A stretch of DNA of 32,000 bases from Candidatus Hadarchaeales archaeon (GTDB lineage Archaea > Hadarchaeota > Hadarchaeia > Hadarchaeales > Hadarchaeaceae): contig JAWBCC010000001.1 of NCBI GenBank assembly GCA_038823825.1, positions 90,001-122,000 on the forward strand, read 5' to 3'. This document shows positions 27,083-32,000 of the stretch, in pieces (the stretch's first letter is position 1; every line of letters begins with the position of its first letter). The notes below the pieces were generated by a model. That model had not been told where the DNA came from and searched no databases. It saw only the letters and a list, made by a program, of their open reading frames with translations. The position numbers and the translations under genes are program-made.

Positions 27083-28364
27083 TTTGGGCAGAGTACTCTT
27101 CCCATTCTTTTCTTTTGACGTACAGGAAGTGGTGGAACAAATGATCTCCCAAGGCTTCTCTGACCAGTTTGCTTTTTCTCATGCATTCTAAGGCTTCGCC
27201 CAAGTTTGCCGGGAGAGATTCAATCCCCATCGTTTCCCGTTCTTCCGGAGTCATTCTGTAGATATCCCGTTCTATGGGATCTGGTGGAAGGATTTTCTCC
27301 TCTATTCCCTTCAGTCCGGCCGCGAGCATTACAGTAAATTGTAGGTAGGGATTTCCGGCAGGGTCGGGGCTTCTCACCTCAACTCTCGTTTTGATTTCTC
27401 TCCCAGCTGGAACCCGGATATATGCGCTGCGATTAAGATTGGCCCAAGAGATATATACCGGGGCCTCATAGCCCGGAACCAACCTCTTGTAAGAATTTAC
27501 GGTTGAGGCCAAGATTGCACATATTTCTCTTGCGTATCTGATCAAGCCACCTATGAAGCATAATGCTTCTTGGCTTAGTTTGTACGGACCCTTTGGATCG
27601 TAAAATACATTTTTTCCCTCAGATGTCATCAGCGATATGTGGGTGTGCATTCCGCTCCCATTCACTCCGTAAATAGGTTTTGGCATGAAAGTTGCATATA
27701 ACCCGTGCTTCTCCGCAATGGTTTTTGTGACATATTTCATCATAGAGACTCTGTCTGCCGAGGTTATCGCATCCGCATACTTCAAATCGATTTCGTGTTG
27801 TCCGGGAGCAACCTCGTGATGTGAGGCTTCAACCTCAAACCCCATCGCATTTAGGTAATTCACAATCTCTTTTCTGACATTTTCTCCCCTATCACGCATG
27901 AGATCGAAGTATCCGCCGTAGTCGGAAGGTTTTGTCGTGGGGTCACCGTTTTCGGTTTGCAAAAGCAAAAAGAACTCGTACTCCGGAGCGGTATAGCATA
28001 TCCATCCTTGTTTCCTTGCTATTTTGGTGATTCTTTCAAGCGCCCATCTCGGATCTCCCTCAAACCTGTTTCCAGCATGATCGTAGACTTCGCAAACCAT
28101 TCTTGCTGTTTTTAAATCATTTTCAGTCCATGGCAAGATTACAAACGAGTTTGGATCCGGCTTGAGTCTCATGTCCGACTCTTCGATAGTGGCATAACCG
28201 AGAACAGAAGAACCGTCGAAGAATATCCCCTCTTCCAGCGCCTTCTTGAGCTGAGTAGATGGTATGGTTATGCTCTTGACAGTACCCAAAATGTCGGTAA
28301 ATTGAAGCTGGATGAACTTGACATTCTCTCTCTTTACGGTTTGAATCACGTCTTCTTCCTTCAT
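27042..28364 (-). CDS. glnA: glutamine synthetase type I
   Basis: FTDILGTVKS, FFDGSSVLGY, APEYEFFL, EASHHEVAPGQHEID, TFMPKPIYGVNGSGMHTHISL, RVPAGREIKTRVEVRSPDPAGNPYLQF. Confidence 0.95.
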   Translation of the reverse strand: MKEEDVIQTVKRENVKFIQLQFTDILGTVKSITIPSTQLKKALEEGIFFDGSSVLGYATIEESDMRLKPDPNSFVILPWTENDLKTARMVCEVYDHAGNRFEGDPRWALERITKIARKQGWICYTAPEYEFFLLLQTENGDPTTKPSDYGGYFDLMRDRGENVRKEIVNYLNAMGFEVEASHHEVAPGQHEIDLKYADAITSADRVSMMKYVTKTIAEKHGLYATFMPKPIYGVNGSGMHTHISLMTSEGKNVFYDPKGPYKLSQEALCFIGGLIRYAREICAILASTVNSYKRLVPGYEAPVYISWANLNRSAYIRVPAGREIKTRVEVRSPDPAGNPYLQFTVMLAAGLKGIEEKILPPDPIERDIYRMTPEERETMGIESLPANLGEALECMRKSKLVREALGDHLFHHFLYVKRKEWEEYSAQITDWEIRNLLPLL

Positions 28365-28406
28365 CTGTCTTACCAGTATAGGTTGAGTTCAAGACTTAAA
28401 AGTTTG

Positions 28407-29498
28407 TTATTTAATAAACCTTGAGCACACAAAACCACCCAGCGATAATATTCCGGCAAGAACCCCCGTCATTCTCATTCCAGCCACGTGCGATACAAAT
28501 CCTCCTAAAACGGGTCCGACTACCATGGAGAGGCTTATTGTGGAACCCAGAAGCCCCGTTGAGGTGGCTTTTCCAGCATTTTTCTCCAAAAGGTGTGTGA
28601 GCGCTCCGATGTACAGAAAGCTCCACGCTCCGGCAATCATTAGCATTACCGGAATCAGCTGTAGGTAAGAAGTAACTACAGAATAAAGAAGAAACGCACT
28701 TGTGGAAAGAATCAATCCGATTCTGAAAATTTTTCTGCCGTTCCAGCTACCGGCTTTTCTCCCCAGCGTTCCCATTATAAAGAACTGGCTTCCGGTGTTG
28801 ATGGCATCAAGCATGCCTATCCAGAAAATGGGCGTACCAAGTTCCTCCTTCAGGAAGACAGGGAAAATGGCCCAAACGGCGTAAGCTCCGGCATGTCGCA
28901 GAAAATAAGAGAGATAAAGCGGTAAATTTCTCGCGAGGATTTCTTTAACAGAACTGTTTAGTCTTCGGGTTCTCTCCTGACTTTTTAAGCCGAGTGAAGT
29001 CAGAAAGCCGAAGGCAAAGAAGAGTCCAGCGATCATAAAACCTTCTCTCCATCTACCGACCACTCCGGCTATCAGATATCCCATAGCCCAACCGAGTGAT
29101 CCGAAACCGGCCAGCCATCCGATTTTTTGTCGGTAGTCTTTTGTTCCAAAGATATAGGAAAAAAGCGGAAATGTGCACATCCCTACCGAAATCCCAGCCA
29201 TTGCTCTGAGCACAATCATCGACAGAAAATCTTTCATGTAAATCTGCATGCCGAAAAAAATGGTTCCCACGCACAGCCCTGCGCATACTATCTCTTTCTC
29301 TTTCCCTGTGAGATCTGCAAGTTTTCCGAAGATCGTATATGAAAAGAAAGAGGCCAGTCCGTATGCAGATCCAATTATACCGATATCGGCAAGAGATAGC
29401 CCGATATCCTTGGCGAGCAATGGTACGAAAAGGGCAGAGAGTGAAATCGCTGCATTGACTGCAAGCATTATCGCGTAAGGATGATATTCCCGTCTCAT
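28407..29498 (-). CDS. major facilitator superfamily transporter
   Basis: 363 aa, ~12 hydrophobic segments, IFGKLADLTGKEKE loop motif, second-half repeat TLGRKAGSWNGRKI. Confidence 0.85.
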   Translation of the reverse strand: MRREYHPYAIMLAVNAAISLSALFVPLLAKDIGLSLADIGIIGSAYGLASFFSYTIFGKLADLTGKEKEIVCAGLCVGTIFFGMQIYMKDFLSMIVLRAMAGISVGMCTFPLFSYIFGTKDYRQKIGWLAGFGSLGWAMGYLIAGVVGRWREGFMIAGLFFAFGFLTSLGLKSQERTRRLNSSVKEILARNLPLYLSYFLRHAGAYAVWAIFPVFLKEELGTPIFWIGMLDAINTGSQFFIMGTLGRKAGSWNGRKIFRIGLILSTSAFLLYSVVTSYLQLIPVMLMIAGAWSFLYIGALTHLLEKNAGKATSTGLLGSTISLSMVVGPVLGGFVSHVAGMRMTGVLAGILSLGGFVCSRFIK

Positions 29499-29541
29499 GA
29501 TAACCTATCCTTATATTCTTTTGGTTGTTAAATACAGACGT

Positions 29542-29646
29542 ATGAAGGAATCTGTCCGACGCTTGCTTGCGATACTTTTAGTAATCCTTTTTATTTTGTC
29601 AATGGCTGTTTCATTCATAATCGCCATTCTAGGTGGAAAAGCTTAA
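29542..29646 (+). CDS. possible 34-aa single-pass membrane microprotein
   Basis: ATG...TAA: MKESVRRLLAILLVILFILSMAVSFIIAILGGKA; TTATATTC ~25 nt upstream; followed by the Zn-ribbon gene. Confidence 0.45.
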   Translation: MKESVRRLLAILLVILFILSMAVSFIIAILGGKA

Positions 29647-29676
29647 AAAAAGGTTACATGAGAGAGTGAGGAGAGC

Positions 29677-29838
29677 ATGCCGAAGTGTACATCGTGTGGC
29701 AGGGAAATTAGTCCGGGGCAGTCAGCTGTCCATTTCCCCTGCCCCTCCTGCGGAGAATTCGAAATTTGGAGATGCAGCACCTGCCGAAAACTGAGCGTTT
29801 CATACACTTGTCATAAATGTGGTTTTACGGGACCATAG
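29677..29838 (+). CDS. small Zn-ribbon protein (HVO_2753/DUF1610-like)
   Basis: Translated by hand: [53 protein letters not shown]; four CxxC pairs; precedes aEF-1beta. Confidence 0.88.
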   Translation: MPKCTSCGREISPGQSAVHFPCPSCGEFEIWRCSTCRKLSVSYTCHKCGFTGP

Positions 29839-29847
29839 GTGTCTATC

Positions 29848-30108
29848 ATGGGAGAAGTTGTTGTTATTTTGAGAGTGATGCCAGAAGATACAGAGGTGAA
29901 TCTTGCGGAACTTGAAAAGCGGATAAGAGAAAAAGTCAAGGTCTTTGCTGTTGAGAGAGAACCCATAGCGTTTGGTCTCGAGGCTTTAAGGATAGCAACT
30001 GTCGTTGAGGATAAGGAAGGCGGGACCGAGCCACTTGAACGGGAGATTTCTTCCATCCCGGGCGTTGCAAGTGTCGAAGTTATCGGTCTCTCACGGATTT
30101 TCTTATGA
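29848..30108 (+). CDS. ef1b: translation elongation factor 1-beta (archaeal)
   Basis: MGEVVVILRVMPEDTEVNLAELEKRI...EPIAFGLEALRIATVVEDKEGGTEPLEREISSIPGVASVEVIGLSRIF. ATG 29848 or GTG 29839. Confidence 0.92.
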   Translation: MGEVVVILRVMPEDTEVNLAELEKRIREKVKVFAVEREPIAFGLEALRIATVVEDKEGGTEPLEREISSIPGVASVEVIGLSRIFL

Positions 30109-30141
30109 ATTTTTAAGTCTTCATAGACTTTCTTTTATCTG

Positions 30142-31041
30142 ATGGGAAGAAAAGAAATAGAAAAAGTCTTTTTGATCTCTCTGCTTCTGACAACTTTAAT
30201 CGGTCTGATGCAGATTTCCGCATCCTTTCTATTTGGAAGTTTGGCTCTTCTCGCCGTGGGCATAGAATCTTTATCGGACTCCATAACGACAGTAGTGGCT
30301 CTAGGTGGATTCAGAATATCGAGGAAACCGGCGGACAAGAGACATCATTACGGCCACTGGCAGGCGGAGTCGCTTGTAGCCTTGCTTTTTGCCGTGGTTC
30401 TTTTGGTCTCCGGAGCTAGAATTCTCTTATCTTCAGTGGATCGTCTCAGACACGGGACAAATTCAACTTTTTCTTCTGAGGTCCTCCTTACACCTTCACT
30501 TTCAGCAATAGTTTTTGTTTTACTCGCATCATATAAGATGAAAGTTGGAAAGGAAGAAAAATGTCTGCCACTTATTTCTGACGCTTATCATACTTTCATG
30601 GACTTTCTCTCAAGCATAAGCGTAGTAATAGGTCTGGTTCTCGCCATAAGAGGAAACATTCTAGCAGACCCGATTGTAGCTCTAATTATATCAGGAATTC
30701 TTTTTTATCTCAGCTTCTCACTTGGTCGCTCGGCCTTGAGTGCGCTGATGGAAACAGCCCCATCAGAGGACACAGTCTTGAAGATAAGGAAAATCTGCGC
30801 AGAGACACCAGGTGTTGAGAGCTTTCACAGGCTCAGAACTAGACGCTCCGGTCCAAAAATTTTTGTGGATGTTCACGTGCTCGTAGATTCCGAAATGAGT
30901 TTACGAAAGGCACACGATGTTGCAACCGAAATAGAGCGCAGATTGAAGTCAAAAATTCCGGAGATAAGCTCTGTGACCGTTCACGTAGAACCTCATGCGA
31001 GGAAGGCTAAATCCTCCACTTCCAAGACAAAAAGTTCTTGA
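30142..31041 (+). CDS. cation diffusion facilitator (CDF) family transporter
   Basis: SLSDSITTVVALGGFR, HHYGHWQAESLVAL, SDAYHTFMDFLSSISVVIGL (HxxxD), C-terminal domain with DVHVLVDSEMSLRKAHDVATEIERRLK. Confidence 0.93.
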   Translation: MGRKEIEKVFLISLLLTTLIGLMQISASFLFGSLALLAVGIESLSDSITTVVALGGFRISRKPADKRHHYGHWQAESLVALLFAVVLLVSGARILLSSVDRLRHGTNSTFSSEVLLTPSLSAIVFVLLASYKMKVGKEEKCLPLISDAYHTFMDFLSSISVVIGLVLAIRGNILADPIVALIISGILFYLSFSLGRSALSALMETAPSEDTVLKIRKICAETPGVESFHRLRTRRSGPKIFVDVHVLVDSEMSLRKAHDVATEIERRLKSKIPEISSVTVHVEPHARKAKSSTSKTKSS

Positions 31042-32000
31042 GAGTTTCCACAACCTTGATTTCTCTTTTGATGGGGCTCCGGAATTTTGCACCTCTGAGA
31101 GCTTTGATGACGTTTGTCACGCTTTCGCCGAGCGCTTTTAAGTTGTAACCTCCCTCCAGCACAAAGACAACTCTTCCACCGCATACTTTCTTTGCAGTTT
31201 CCAGTATCCTTTCGGCCATCCATCCGTAAAATTCGCTGCTCAGTTCTAGCTGTGTAAGTGGATCCCAAATATGTCCGTCAAAACCGGCGGAGATAGCAAT
31301 CAGGCCAGGTTCAAACTGCTCCGCTATTGGACAAACGACTTCCTCAATGATAGTCGCATATTCACCGTCACCGGTTCCGGGAGGAACAGGCACATTTACA
31401 TTGAAACCTCTTCCTCTCCCTTCTCCAATCTCTTCCACCCGTCCAGTTCCAGGATACAGGGGAAACTGATGAATGGATAAATAGAGAACATCTGGATCGG
31501 TATAAAAAATGTCTTGCGTACCATTTCCGTGATGGGCGTCAAAATCAAAAATCATAATTCTATCGAAGACGTTCAGTAGATCCTTGGTCATTATTGCTAC
31601 GTTGTTCAGGTAACAGAATCCTCCACCAAAATCGCTTGAGGCGTGATGTCCAGGTGGTCTGACGAGAGCAAACGTGTTGTCCGCTTTTTTCTCCGCAACC
31701 AATCTTCCGGCTATTAGGGCTCCTCCAGCGGCTAAGAGTGCGATCTCGAGAGTGTTCTCTCTGGTCGGCGTGTCTGAATCTAAAAAAGCTTGATCCTTAG
31801 TCATCTCTTTGAGAAGCTCGATGTAATTTTTGCTGTGTACAGTCAGAATTTCGTTCATTTTCGCTGATTCAGGTTCTAGAACATTTGTCCACAGTTCATT
31901 TCGTTTAAGAGTTTCCACTATTGCATGCAACCTCTGTGGCGATTCAGGATGCCAAGCTCCAGGATTATGCTCCAGATATCTTGGAGAATAAATGAGAGCA
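31007..32000 (-). CDS. histone deacetylase/acetylpolyamine amidohydrolase family protein, 5' truncated by window edge
   Basis: RPPGHHASSDFGGGFCYLNNVAI, IFDFDAHHGNGTQDIFY, ISAGFDGHIWDPL. Frame stays open to the edge: ...ALIYSPRYLEHNPGAWHPESPQRLHAIVETL..., so the track start at 31930 is internal. Confidence 0.94.
   Translation of the reverse strand, partial: ALIYSPRYLEHNPGAWHPESPQRLHAIVETLKRNELWTNVLEPESAKMNEILTVHSKNYIELLKEMTKDQAFLDSDTPTRENTLEIALLAAGGALIAGRLVAEKKADNTFALVRPPGHHASSDFGGGFCYLNNVAIMTKDLLNVFDRIMIFDFDAHHGNGTQDIFYTDPDVLYLSIHQFPLYPGTGRVEEIGEGRGRGFNVNVPVPPGTGDGEYATIIEEVVCPIAEQFEPGLIAISAGFDGHIWDPLTQLELSSEFYGWMAERILETAKKVCGGRVVFVLEGGYNLKALGESVTNVIKALRGAKFRSPIKREIKVVETLKNFLSWKWRI

Noticed and set aside
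1-32000. CRISPR array, prophage, transposon, toxin-antitoxin or defence island
   Set aside because: No regularly spaced repeats, integrase/transposase, Cas or restriction-type proteins are seen. Gene content is housekeeping and densely packed.
1-32000. tRNA or rRNA genes in intergenic gaps
   Set aside because: Gaps are mostly short, and I saw no T-loop (GGTTCRAAT-like) with cloverleaf pairing. A tRNAscan-SE run would settle it.

Overview
This is an archaeal window (archaeal RNase P RNA, eL40, eS26-like protein, aEF-1beta, GGGP synthase, TATA-like boxes ~25-30 nt upstream of starts). It is dominated by amino-acid biosynthesis. argG-argH-argC-argJ lie on +, convergent with a long minus-strand block. 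Read 5'->3' on the minus strand, that block is: class-III aminotransferase - lysA - lysC - dapA - dapB, then LeuC/LeuD-type isomerase - HMGL-like (homocitrate/isopropylmalate-type) synthase - isocitrate-dehydrogenase-type enzyme - tartrate/D-malate/isopropylmalate-dehydrogenase-type enzyme - argB - argD - argF - a small winged-helix-like protein. To the right are an NAD(P)HX dehydratase, ribosomal protein eL40, GGGP synthase, an eS26-like ribosomal protein, rubrerythrin, RNase P RNA, a MarC-family protein, nucleoside 2-deoxyribosyltransferase, glutamine synthetase, an MFS transporter, a Zn-ribbon protein, aEF-1beta, a CDF transporter and an HDAC-family protein that runs off the right edge. No CRISPR array, mobile element or defence system is visible. 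The best leads are: an acyl-chain-elongation module with one synthase, one isomerase and two dehydrogenases of different specificity classes beside the arginine genes; the structured RNA at 25649-25948, hidden under spurious ORFs; small genes missing from the ORF track; the eS26-like gene; a candidate arg/lys regulator; and 3' ends that abut or overlap at every convergent gene pair.
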